Shown here piece by piece: positions 39,240 to 48,536 of a stretch of 64,000 nucleotides of DNA (positions are counted from its first letter, which is position 1; every line of letters starts with the position of its first letter). The DNA is from Promethearchaeati archaeon (GTDB taxonomy: Archaea > Asgardarchaeota > Heimdallarchaeia > Heimdallarchaeales > Heimdallarchaeaceae): assembly GCA_013166775.1 (NCBI GenBank), contig JABLTJ010000001.1, positions 1 through 64,000 on the forward strand, given 5' to 3'. Position numbers and translations under genes: made by a program. Below the pieces are notes generated by a model that worked only from the letters and a program-made list of their open reading frames with translations, was not told the DNA's origin and made no database searches.

Positions 39240-40562
39240 TCAAACAAAGGGTTTATCTCTAATCTCTAAAACATCTAATTCTTTACAATTTGCTTGAATC
39301 CCGATTACTTCGCTTACACTTGGAATTGTTCGATTATCATCCCCTGAAATTAGTTCTTTTACATAACATCCACCCTCACACTCAATAGTCAGCTCTATTT
39401 CCTGATTGTTTATTTTCCTACTTTGAATAGAATAGACCTCTTTTTTTCTAATTTTATCGGCTCTTCTATGAGAAACTCGAGTTGGTGTCCTTTGTTTAAT
39501 AGTTATATCCTTAAAATATGAATCAAGCTTCTTCAAAGTTTCTTCTGAAATAGAAGAACTTAGAGTGACAAATGCTCTGTATTTCTTAACGGATTCTTCA
39601 GCATTTCCCTTAAGATAAACAAGCTCTTTTTTTGATGACCAACGATAATCTCTCACTTCTATTTTTCCTTTTCCATATTCATTTGTTGCCTTTTCCAATT
39701 TGAGGAGGTCTATTGATCTAATTTTAGGAGAAACAATTTCTAGAACGAACGGTCTTCCTGTTCCAAGCATTCTGGCATCAATATCTTCTCGACCAGATCC
39801 ATGTAAGACTCCTTTATCACCTTGTGCTATCTTTATAGCTTCAGCTTCAACAAGTTCCTCTACCGATTCTGAGTATTGCTTTCCTGTATTACTGCATTCT
39901 TTACACCCTTTTCCTTTACATTTTCTGCATGGCCAGCGTGTTTGAGGAATTGTTCTAAGATGTTTTAAGTACCGTCCATAAATATACAAAGATCGAACTT
40001 TAAGTTTCAGAGAATCAGAAAAAGGTTGTATCTCTGCAATAATTTCAGGCTCGTTGAAATTTGTTTCCACAGACATTTTTCTTGAGAGTTTTTTTCCAAC
40101 TTCTCTATTAAATTCCTGTTTCAAGTATTCTGATTGATGCAAATCGTATTTTGCCTTCAAATTGTGTTCTTTTTCAAACAATTCTTGGGGCATTAAAGTC
40201 CCTATTAGGAATGTACTAAATTCAATTGAGTTAAGTTTCAAAGAAAGATTTTCAGCAAGCTCATCTATTCTTTGTAGAGAATTTTTACATATGAAGCACA
40301 TCTCTTTCTCTTTTGGAATTATTTTGATTTTTGACAGAACCATTTTAGCATGTTCTGAATCCGATTTACACAGTGCTTGAAGAAAATTTATGCTATCATC
40401 AGTAATCCTTTTGGAAAAATTCATTACTAAAAACATTTTAATTGATTCTCCTCGAATGAAATTCGTTGTACCAGTAGCAAGATTTGAAAATTGCCTCCCA
40501 AGACAGTAATTACATAGTGAGTGGTTGTTAAGTAATTGAATTGTTTTCTCTTGTAAATCCAT
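39240..40562 (-). CDS. pus10: tRNA pseudouridine(54/55) synthase Pus10
   Basis: LC..CLGRQF, GRY.K..R.IPQT.W, GREDIDARMLG.GRPF and Q.TP.RV.HRRAD motifs. Confidence 0.95.
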   Translation of the reverse strand: MDLQEKTIQLLNNHSLCNYCLGRQFSNLATGTTNFIRGESIKMFLVMNFSKRITDDSINFLQALCKSDSEHAKMVLSKIKIIPKEKEMCFICKNSLQRIDELAENLSLKLNSIEFSTFLIGTLMPQELFEKEHNLKAKYDLHQSEYLKQEFNREVGKKLSRKMSVETNFNEPEIIAEIQPFSDSLKLKVRSLYIYGRYLKHLRTIPQTRWPCRKCKGKGCKECSNTGKQYSESVEELVEAEAIKIAQGDKGVLHGSGREDIDARMLGTGRPFVLEIVSPKIRSIDLLKLEKATNEYGKGKIEVRDYRWSSKKELVYLKGNAEESVKKYRAFVTLSSSISEETLKKLDSYFKDITIKQRTPTRVSHRRADKIRKKEVYSIQSRKINNQEIELTIECEGGCYVKELISGDDNRTIPSVSEVIGIQANCKELDVLEIRDKPFV

Positions 40563-41132
40563 TTACATCATGCTCTCAATATAGTGATTGGTAAGAATAA
40601 TCTGTTCATCAATTTCCAATGGCCCCCATGATATTCTATGCTCTATGTTCTCGGAATCTATTTTATCGAAACCAAACAAGAACAAGATAGGAAATGACAT
40701 TGAAAATTTGAATAATTGCTTTTCCTGTATGTTTGAATAATTTATCTGTATCCATTCATCTTTGGAGTGTTTTTCAAAAATCCAACTTGATTCTTCATTA
40801 TGAATAGTAATACCAGGTGTAAGTTTTTTTTGCTTTGAACTAGGGTTAATTATATGTTTCATCACTCTGATTAGTAGGTGAGCTGCTGAAAAAAAACTAG
40901 GTCCTAAAAAACGTAAAGACGAGCCATCAAATGTTATAATTAAAGATTTGTTGTTGAAACTGGTGCAATAATAAAGGAATAAATTCTTACGAAACTGGTT
41001 AGATAAAAAAAATGCGTCAGATATTGCCTTTATATATGGACTAATTTGAATCATGTTCTCGTTTTTGGAATATAGGTCTGATTTAGTGAAAGAAATGGGA
41101 GGAGAATTCAAAGCAAAGTAATATTGAGACAT
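40563..41132 (-). CDS. Divergent TrmY-like SPOUT protein
   Basis: AFFLS...R, G..LR.L.P, TPGI and IS.GP remnants; directly upstream of pus10. Confidence 0.6.
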   Translation of the reverse strand: MSQYYFALNSPPISFTKSDLYSKNENMIQISPYIKAISDAFFLSNQFRKNLFLYYCTSFNNKSLIITFDGSSLRFLGPSFFSAAHLLIRVMKHIINPSSKQKKLTPGITIHNEESSWIFEKHSKDEWIQINYSNIQEKQLFKFSMSFPILFLFGFDKIDSENIEHRISWGPLEIDEQIILTNHYIESMM

Positions 41133-41159
41133 GAAGACTTCACGTATTAAAGTTTTTAA

Positions 41160-42500
41160 TTACCCAAAAAGTCCTGGTGGAAGCCCTGGAATTTGCATGC
41201 CACCTCGTCTGCCTTTCCTCATACGTTTTACAAGCGATGTAACAGTTTTATGTTGGTTTACAAGCTCTCTAACTTCTGCTATTGTTCGACCACTGCCTTG
41301 AGCAATTCTTTGAATTCTTGAGCTGCTCAATTTTACCTTTCCATCTAGCTCTCCATCTGTCATTGAAGACATAATAACCTTGAATCTTTTCATGTTCTCT
41401 TTCGAGAGATCAAGCATATCTTCATCGAGCGACATTCCAAGCCCAGGAACCATAGATAACATCCGTTTCATGGATCCCATAGAACTAAAATTATCCAAAA
41501 GTTCCATCATCTGCCTATAAGAAATCTTCCCGCTTAGCATACTCATTGCTTCTTCTTTTGAAGGAAGGATTTCCATATCTCGTACTTCTTTTAACAATCC
41601 TTCTAAATCTCCAACTCCAATGAGTCTACCAACAAAAGATGTTGGATTAAATTCTTCTAGAGCGTCTACATCCTCTCCATCAGCTAAGAATTTAATAGGT
41701 ACTTTTGCTGCTGCTGCCGCAGAAAGACTTCCTCCTCCTTTAGCAGAACCATCCATCTTAGTGACAATAATCGAACCGATTTTTGTTGTTTGAGAAAATG
41801 CTAAGGCTTGATCATGTGCAGCTTGACCTTGATTGCCATCTACAACCAGAATAATCTCATCTGGTTTAATTTTGTCACTTATATCTTTCATCTCTTTTAG
41901 AAGTGACTTTTCCTCCTTGTGACGACCTGCAGTATCGATGATTATTACATTAAATTTCTCATCTAAGAATTTTTTAACACCATCTACAGCAATTTTAACG
42001 GCGTTGTTGTTTTCAGGATCACCATAAACTGGAACATCTATTTTTTCACATAATTGTTGAAGTTGCTCGTAAGCTCCAGGTCTAAAATTATCTGCTGTAA
42101 CAACAGCAACTTTCTTACCTCGTTTCTTTATATATTTCGCGAGTTTTGCTGTGGTTGTTGTTTTTCCAGAACCTTGAATACCAACAAGTTCAATCAGTGT
42201 AGGCCGATCAGGATGAAGTTTTAAGGGATAAGCTTTTTCTCCCAAAAATTTAGTTAATTCCTCATGAATGGTTGAGAGAACACTTTTCTTACGAGAAAGC
42301 CCATCTGGTAATTCTTTCTCGAAAGATTTTCTTTCTACTTCGTTAACAACACTAGCCGCTAAATCAAATTGGACATCAGCTTCAAGCAATGCTCTTAACA
42401 TTTCATTCTTTAGTTCTTGAATTGTTTTTTTATCAGGAGGTCCTCCTCTGATTATCTTTGTAATTGCTTTGTTAAGAGCTGTACCAAGTTTGTTCAACAT
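41160..42500 (-). CDS. srp54: Signal recognition particle protein SRP54
   Basis: ALLEADV, GIQGSGKTTT, DTAGRH, TKMDGSAKGGG, M domain SMT..E...SRI.RIA.GSG. Confidence 0.97.
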   Translation of the reverse strand: MLNKLGTALNKAITKIIRGGPPDKKTIQELKNEMLRALLEADVQFDLAASVVNEVERKSFEKELPDGLSRKKSVLSTIHEELTKFLGEKAYPLKLHPDRPTLIELVGIQGSGKTTTTAKLAKYIKKRGKKVAVVTADNFRPGAYEQLQQLCEKIDVPVYGDPENNNAVKIAVDGVKKFLDEKFNVIIIDTAGRHKEEKSLLKEMKDISDKIKPDEIILVVDGNQGQAAHDQALAFSQTTKIGSIIVTKMDGSAKGGGSLSAAAAAKVPIKFLADGEDVDALEEFNPTSFVGRLIGVGDLEGLLKEVRDMEILPSKEEAMSMLSGKISYRQMMELLDNFSSMGSMKRMLSMVPGLGMSLDEDMLDLSKENMKRFKVIMSSMTDGELDGKVKLSSSRIQRIAQGSGRTIAEVRELVNQHKTVTSLVKRMRKGRRGGMQIPGLPPGLFG

Positions 42501-42581
42501 TAATTATCAAAAAAAGGAAGAAAAAGAGATTAAAGAAGATTTTGTTTTAAGGGTGATGGGAAAGAAAAATTATTCCAATTT

Positions 42582-43334
42582 TTACTCATTTAATTTTATT
42601 GGTTCTCTGTTAGTTTTAGCTTTACGATGTACCTTTATGGAATCTTGGTAATATATTTGTCCTTGTACATCTGAATACTTGCGGATATGAACATCTCGTC
42701 CTTTAACATCGTTTTTCACTATTGTACCTCTTAGATTTACTCTGTTTTTGCTAATAATAGATCCTGATATTTTGTATGGCCTATTTGATCCCTGCTTTAT
42801 AGCAAAAATGTTCCACCCTCTCTTTTTCCCAAGAGTAACATTGTTAGCAAATATATTCCCAGAGACAGATACAGATCCCTTTACTTTCACATCGCTTTCG
42901 GTTAAGATGTCTCCACCAGTACTAGCTGATCCAAAAATCATTATGTTTGATCCAGTTTCTATGCTGTTTCCTGATTTAATTGATCCAAAAGCTTTAAGTT
43001 TTCCTTTTAAATCAATTTTTTCTCCAATGCTTGCTGAACCAAAAAATCTTGCATTTTCTGTTCCTTGAAGCGATCCAGCAATACTAAAAGAACCAGAATT
43101 CTTAACTGATCCCTGTGAAATTATTGCGCCATTACCTCTTGTTGAGCCACGACTCTTAAATCCATGACATTCAAGATTTCCCTCTATTTTTGCAGATCCA
43201 GAGGATTTTACAAATTTCTCTATTTTACCTCCTGCTATTCTAACTGATCCCATTACTTTAATTTTAGTTTCCTTTTCTTTTATTCTTCCAGAAGAGCTAA
43301 AAGATGCTTTTTTTTCTTGTTGCATTTCACTCAT
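42582..43334 (-). CDS. Bactofilin-like (polymer-forming cytoskeletal) beta-helix protein
   Basis: Repeated (S/F)GS..I.G.l beta-helix units; C-terminal V...V.G..V.I.....V.G.IYY. Confidence 0.72.
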   Translation of the reverse strand: MSEMQQEKKASFSSSGRIKEKETKIKVMGSVRIAGGKIEKFVKSSGSAKIEGNLECHGFKSRGSTRGNGAIISQGSVKNSGSFSIAGSLQGTENARFFGSASIGEKIDLKGKLKAFGSIKSGNSIETGSNIMIFGSASTGGDILTESDVKVKGSVSVSGNIFANNVTLGKKRGWNIFAIKQGSNRPYKISGSIISKNRVNLRGTIVKNDVKGRDVHIRKYSDVQGQIYYQDSIKVHRKAKTNREPIKLNE

Positions 43335-43342
43335 TTTTTCAC

Positions 43343-44233
43343 CTACAGTTTTAATTTCTCATAACTTATTTTTACGGGCTCTTTATGCAATTTTGCTTTA
43401 TCATCAATGTCAACTTTTTCAACATAATATACTGTCCCCTTTACTTCAGAAAAAGGTCCTATTTCTACAAAAACACCTTTAACATCCTGTTCAACAATTG
43501 TATTTCTTAGTATTACTTCTTTTGTTCCAAATACACTGCCTTTGACGATAGATGGTCTACTTCTCTTTAATCTATGTGCAACTACATCTTTGTTAATTCC
43601 AACATCCTCACCCACTAGATTACCTTCAATCTGTGTTCTTCCAGCAAGTGATACGGTACTTTGGGAAAGCATGTTTCCTTCAACTTTCGATGAACCTGCG
43701 ATTCTGATACCATTTTCTGCTTGCAAATCTCCTCCACATGAGAAGCTTCCTGAACTACCAAATTTACCTCCAATTAATACTTCACTTCCAACTTTACAGC
43801 TTCCTGCAACATTAACATCGTAATCTGCATGTAGAAATCCCTCACATTTGAATGAACCAGAGGTTTTAACATTGCCATGAGCGGTTATGTTGCCTGCACT
43901 TCTTACAGATCCTGCAGCTTTCAAATTATTACAAATAATATCATCGGAGAACTTGGCTGATCCAGCAACTCTAATATCTCTATCCACATTCCCACCATTA
44001 ATGGTTACTGAACCTGCAAAAGAAGCTACAGTATCAGAAATTGTCTGAGCACCAGCTACTTTCATTCTAGGTGTTGCCTTGCGTTTCTCTGCGAATTCTT
44101 TAGCAATCTCAAGTTTTTCTGTGTATCTTTCTTTTAATTCTTCATAATTCTCTTTATCAATCTCATTTTCTTCTCGTCTTTTTTCAAGAAGTTCTAGCAA
44201 TTCTTTATACATTTTGTATTCATTTTCAGACAT
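43343..44233 (-). CDS. Bactofilin-like beta-helix protein with N-terminal helical hairpin
   Basis: Repeated (V/A)AGS....G.l units; C-terminal V.G..V.IGP.SEV.G.VYY; charged helical N-terminus. Confidence 0.75.
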   Translation of the reverse strand: MSENEYKMYKELLELLEKRREENEIDKENYEELKERYTEKLEIAKEFAEKRKATPRMKVAGAQTISDTVASFAGSVTINGGNVDRDIRVAGSAKFSDDIICNNLKAAGSVRSAGNITAHGNVKTSGSFKCEGFLHADYDVNVAGSCKVGSEVLIGGKFGSSGSFSCGGDLQAENGIRIAGSSKVEGNMLSQSTVSLAGRTQIEGNLVGEDVGINKDVVAHRLKRSRPSIVKGSVFGTKEVILRNTIVEQDVKGVFVEIGPFSEVKGTVYYVEKVDIDDKAKLHKEPVKISYEKLKL

Positions 44234-44388
44234 TTAGCTCATCAAGATATCTCTCTCACTCCCTTTATTTAACCATTTTTTTAAATAATTAGGATAATCT
44301 TTTAATTGTTGAGTTAGATGCTTGTAAGTGATAGGTAAAAGCATTAAACCATTGAGCTTAAGCTTTCAAGAAGAAATTAGAAGAAAAA

Positions 44389-44511
44389 TGGTGCGGGGAG
44401 GGAGATTCGAACTCCCGAACCACTAAGGAACGGATGACTTTTCTAGCCCTTTTTCTTGGTTTTTCAACTAGATCTTAAGTCCGCCGCCGTTGACCGCTTG
44501 GCTATCCCCGC
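44389..44511 (-). tRNA. tRNA-Leu(TAA) with 38-nt intron at 37/38 (44436-44473)
   Basis: Exons nearly identical to tRNA-Leu(CAA); GCGGA-CTTAAG|intron|A-TCCGT; CCA end. Confidence 0.94.
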
Positions 44512-44597
44512 ACAGTGTTTTATATTTTGTAATTACTATAGAGACTTTTGTTTATTTTTTAAAACTTTTTATTTTGATATAAATTTACAGTATTTAT

Positions 44598-45911
44598 TTA
44601 AGGTTTTAATCTAGTGGGATCTCTTGGTAATAATCTCGCTTCTCGTATATTTGGTAAACTCAGTATCTGTTGGACAAATCTCTCTATTCCAGTTCCACTT
44701 CCTCCGTGAGGAGGTGCTCCGTTTCTGAAGAACTGCAAGTAACTATCAACATGTGCTATTTCAAATCCTTTTTCCAGAGCTTGTTCTGTTAATATATTTA
44801 CTCTGTGTTCTCTTTGACCACCAGTTGTAAGCTCTTGTCCTTTATAGAGTAAATCAAATGATTTTGTTAATCTTGGGTCATTATCATCTTTCATAGTATA
44901 AAATGGTCTAACATCCCAAGGATACAGGTCAACAAAAACAAAATCGGAATTCCACTTATCCTTGACATATTTTCCAATAATTCTTTCAGCTTCAGCATCT
45001 AGATCATCATAAAGATCTAGTTCTTTACCTTCATTTTCTAAAATTTCATTGCTTTCGGGTATTGTTATGATAGGCCATTCTTTTGGTTGAGGATCAATTT
45101 TGGCATTGAGTTCTTCTAAAGATTCCGCTTTTTCTTTTTGTACTCTTTCCAAAGCAAAGGTTATTGCATCCTGTAAAACTTTCATAACATCTCTTTGGTT
45201 GTCTATGAAAGAAATCTCAAAATCAATTGATGTATATTCACAGAGATGTCTTATTGTATGATGTTTTTCAGCTCGAAAAACCGGTCCTATTTCAAATACA
45301 CGCTCAAAACCTCCCATGAGCATCATTTGTTTATAAAATTGTGGAGATTGTGCAAGATATGCTTTTTTATCAAAATAACTTATCTCAAAGACATTAGCTC
45401 CACTTTCTGTAGCCGAACCAACAATCTTTGCTGAGAAAAATTGAAGAAAATCATTTAACCTAAAGTATTCCTCAATTGCGTAAGCTACACAACTTTCTAT
45501 TTCAAATATTTGTGCAACTTTACGATTTCGTAAATCAAGAAATCTATAATCATATCTTTTATCTGGATTCGTTTCTATCTTATCTGTGATATCGATGGGA
45601 TATTCTTGAACTCTTTTATTTATTATCTCTAACTTAGCAGGAAGAATTTCTTTTCCTTCTGGAGCGCTATTATTATCCACTATCTCACCACTCACTGATA
45701 TTATGTCACCTTCTTGTAAGTCAAGCGAAAAGATTTCCTGAGAAACCTTTTTTTTAGGTAAAACAATCTGGATAATTCCTGTCCGATCTTGTAATTTAAC
45801 AAATCTTAATCCTCCAAGATCTCTTACTTGTTGAATCCAGCCTGCTACTGTTATTTCTTTCAAATCGCTGGTAAATGCCTTACTAATAGTTTTTCTCTGC
45901 TTTAGATTCAT
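44598..45911 (-). CDS. aspS: Aspartyl-tRNA synthetase, archaeal type
   Basis: RDLGG, R.LDLR, YLAQSPQFYKQ, FRAEKH.T.RHL.E and PPHGG.G.GIER motifs. Confidence 0.93.
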   Translation of the reverse strand: MNLKQRKTISKAFTSDLKEITVAGWIQQVRDLGGLRFVKLQDRTGIIQIVLPKKKVSQEIFSLDLQEGDIISVSGEIVDNNSAPEGKEILPAKLEIINKRVQEYPIDITDKIETNPDKRYDYRFLDLRNRKVAQIFEIESCVAYAIEEYFRLNDFLQFFSAKIVGSATESGANVFEISYFDKKAYLAQSPQFYKQMMLMGGFERVFEIGPVFRAEKHHTIRHLCEYTSIDFEISFIDNQRDVMKVLQDAITFALERVQKEKAESLEELNAKIDPQPKEWPIITIPESNEILENEGKELDLYDDLDAEAERIIGKYVKDKWNSDFVFVDLYPWDVRPFYTMKDDNDPRLTKSFDLLYKGQELTTGGQREHRVNILTEQALEKGFEIAHVDSYLQFFRNGAPPHGGSGTGIERFVQQILSLPNIREARLLPRDPTRLKP

Positions 45912-46071
45912 TATTGAATCCCCAATATCTCTGTCTGCACCTTTGAAACTTAATTAAAAAAGATTCTCTTCTAGTTGAACTGTGATTGAATGTATTAAAA
46001 GCGTATTATTTTTGCATTCAAAGAGAAAATATTATTTACTGATTAGATATAATAGGTTCTAGCGATCACTT

Positions 46072-46761
46072 ATGAAGAAGATTGTAATAAAATTTGGTGG
46101 GTCTGTTCTTTATAAAGAAAACATGATTATGAATATAGATTTAATTCAACGCATAGTAAATGTAATTAATGAACTATATGAAGAAGGACACAAAATTGCT
46201 ATAGTTGTGGGAGGAGGAAAATTAGCTCGAGTTATAATTAAAGCGAGTGATGTTCTTGGGCATGTTACAACATTCAAAGATATTTTAGCTGTAGAATCTA
46301 CAAGAATTCATGCTTTATTGATCATTGCATCCTTAAAAGATAAAGCATATTTACTTGTCCCTAGATCTTTTGAAGAAATAGGAAACGCACTATCTTCAGG
46401 AAAGATTGTTGTTTCAGGAGGATTACAACCTGGACAGTCTACAAGTGCAGTGTCTGCATTACTCGCAGAATATTGGGGGGCAGACATACTAATTAATCTC
46501 ACAAATGTTGACAAAGTTTACGATAAAGATCCGAACAAGTTTGAAGATGCAAAACCAATAGACAAAATGACCTCTGAAGACCTAACTAAAATAATCAGTA
46601 AGCAAGTAGAAGAACCTGGGAAATACGATCTCTTTGATATGGTAGGTTGTGAAATAATAAACCGTTCGAAGATAAAATTAGTATTTACATCGGGTGCTTC
46701 CCCTGAAAATATCTTAAAAGCAGTTAAAGGAGAACCTATTGGAACTATAGTAGAAGGCTAA
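46072..46761 (+). CDS. pyrH: Uridylate kinase
   Basis: IKFGGSV, VVGGGKLAR, GGLQPGQST.AV and NVDKVYDKDP motifs. Confidence 0.94.
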   Translation: MKKIVIKFGGSVLYKENMIMNIDLIQRIVNVINELYEEGHKIAIVVGGGKLARVIIKASDVLGHVTTFKDILAVESTRIHALLIIASLKDKAYLLVPRSFEEIGNALSSGKIVVSGGLQPGQSTSAVSALLAEYWGADILINLTNVDKVYDKDPNKFEDAKPIDKMTSEDLTKIISKQVEEPGKYDLFDMVGCEIINRSKIKLVFTSGASPENILKAVKGEPIGTIVEG

Positions 46762-46813
46762 TTTGGAAATTATTGATCATAAGGAGAATCAGTTCTTTTT
46801 TCCAAATTGATAA

Positions 46814-48088
46814 CTAGTAATTTTCGTAAAGCTTGTATCTCAGTATTGCTGCTATTCCACCAAACACATTGTATAACATTGCACCATCTTCATGTGCACT
46901 CGATATAACCTCTACAACTGCACTAGTATCTTTTGCAAGTTCATTCAATTCAGTTATGAGATCTTTTTCTGATGCTATATTTAGCTTGGATTCATTGCAT
47001 TTTGGGCACTTTCTTTCTGATAGTTCTTTCATAAAATCAATATAGTTTTTTGTTTTAAACGATTCAGTCTTTGTGTATTCACACCCATCGCATTTTAAAT
47101 CAATATTTACACGATCAACTTCTTCACTAACCAAAACTGTTTCTACAGCACCCTTTACAAGAGCATCCATAACCTGTTTTTCTCCGTAAGTAGCGAGCCC
47201 AGTGTCTTTTCCAAGGTGTTCCATGAATTTCTTTGTTAAATTTCTTTCTTTTATTAGCTCAAAATCTGATAATTTATCTTGAGCTTTATCAAGTAATTCC
47301 CTAATTCCAACTGTTCCTCGGTATCCTATATCATAGATTCCTATTACCTTTTCGCGTATCCTATAATCTATTTCTTTATTTTCTAAGAATTCAGCTTTTG
47401 ATAAAGCGGGACCACCTATGATGATTGCTTCAACTGGATGGTCTTCTAAATAAGTTTTATTCATTATCTCTGCTACTTTACTGTACCATCTCTGTGCTGC
47501 TTCTTCTGTCAAACGTTGAAAACGTGCTTGGGATTGTCCTCCCATTTTGTGTTTACCTGGCACATAAGATTCTTCCTCTCTAATAACATCTAAACGAGAA
47601 CCTTGCACTACTGCTAGAGTGGCACCACCTCGTTCAATTAAAGCTAGACCATACTTTAATTTGCTTTCCATCATTTCTTTCAAATGATCCACATGGAAAA
47701 CATAATCACATAAATAGAGCTTAATTCCTATTTTTTCAGGAGGATTAACTAAAAAGAATTCTACTTTATTGCCTTGAGTGATTCCACAAAAAATGGCTAT
47801 TCCATTTTCTCCAGAATCTGCAATGGATTTCATTCTTGACATAATTGAGGAAATAGCTGCTTGTACAGCTTTTCCTGTGCTTTTGTCTTTGATATTTGTA
47901 GCTGTTCCATATTCGTCTCTCAATTGTGCATTTGTGTCTGACAATCTGGTTCTTGGGGGAATGTATAGCGTGACCAAACTTGTTGACATGTTAAAGCTAC
48001 GTTTTGCTTCTAGTTTTTCAATATCATGTTTGAGCAAATAACGTTCTATTGAAGATCTTTTTTCTTCGTTTTTCTGATTGTGAGACAT
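46814..48088 (-). CDS. prf1: Peptide chain release factor aRF1
   Basis: A.NIKD, YLCD..F, GKH..GGQSQARF.R and FGGIAAILRY; Zn-ribbon insert CDGC...CPKC. Confidence 0.96.
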   Translation of the reverse strand: MSHNQKNEEKRSSIERYLLKHDIEKLEAKRSFNMSTSLVTLYIPPRTRLSDTNAQLRDEYGTATNIKDKSTGKAVQAAISSIMSRMKSIADSGENGIAIFCGITQGNKVEFFLVNPPEKIGIKLYLCDYVFHVDHLKEMMESKLKYGLALIERGGATLAVVQGSRLDVIREEESYVPGKHKMGGQSQARFQRLTEEAAQRWYSKVAEIMNKTYLEDHPVEAIIIGGPALSKAEFLENKEIDYRIREKVIGIYDIGYRGTVGIRELLDKAQDKLSDFELIKERNLTKKFMEHLGKDTGLATYGEKQVMDALVKGAVETVLVSEEVDRVNIDLKCDGCEYTKTESFKTKNYIDFMKELSERKCPKCNESKLNIASEKDLITELNELAKDTSAVVEVISSAHEDGAMLYNVFGGIAAILRYKLYENY

Positions 48089-48245
48089 TTTATCCCCTCT
48101 TTGGAACTTTTATTGAGCGGAAGAAGGAAGAATATCACTATTTCCTAAATTCAACGCTTTAGATAAACAAATTTAATTCGCTAATATTAGTTTTGGTTAC
48201 ATACCAATTTGCATAAAATTTTAGAGAGAGAAAGTAATAATCTAC

Positions 48246-48509
48246 TTGAGCAACATGTTGGAAAAGGAGAAAGTTATAATTGATGTGTTAGATATTTTTG
48301 TGTCTGCAAGGAGAGGTCTTGCGTTTTCAGATATTATGTTTCAGTTAAATGACATCTATCAATCTCGGGGGGCAATGATGGAAAAATCATTGTTGGAAGA
48401 TATAATGAATGATTTAACTATGCAGGGGCATCTGAATAAATTCAAAGTAGGTACAGTTGATACTTGGAAGATTACTGAGGAAGGAGAAGACTACTTCTAT
48501 TCAATGTAA
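48246..48509 (+). CDS. Small winged-helix protein
   Basis: L..L...G.L......W.ITEEG wHTH wing signature. Confidence 0.6.
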   Translation: MSNMLEKEKVIIDVLDIFVSARRGLAFSDIMFQLNDIYQSRGAMMEKSLLEDIMNDLTMQGHLNKFKVGTVDTWKITEEGEDYFYSM

Positions 48510-48536
48510 CGTAAAATTTTACATGAGAAGATCATA

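Noticed and set aside
46814-48088. Altered genetic code suggested by NIKD instead of NIKS in aRF1
   Set aside because: TAA, TAG and TGA all end conserved genes at expected positions in this window, and no in-frame readthrough is seen.
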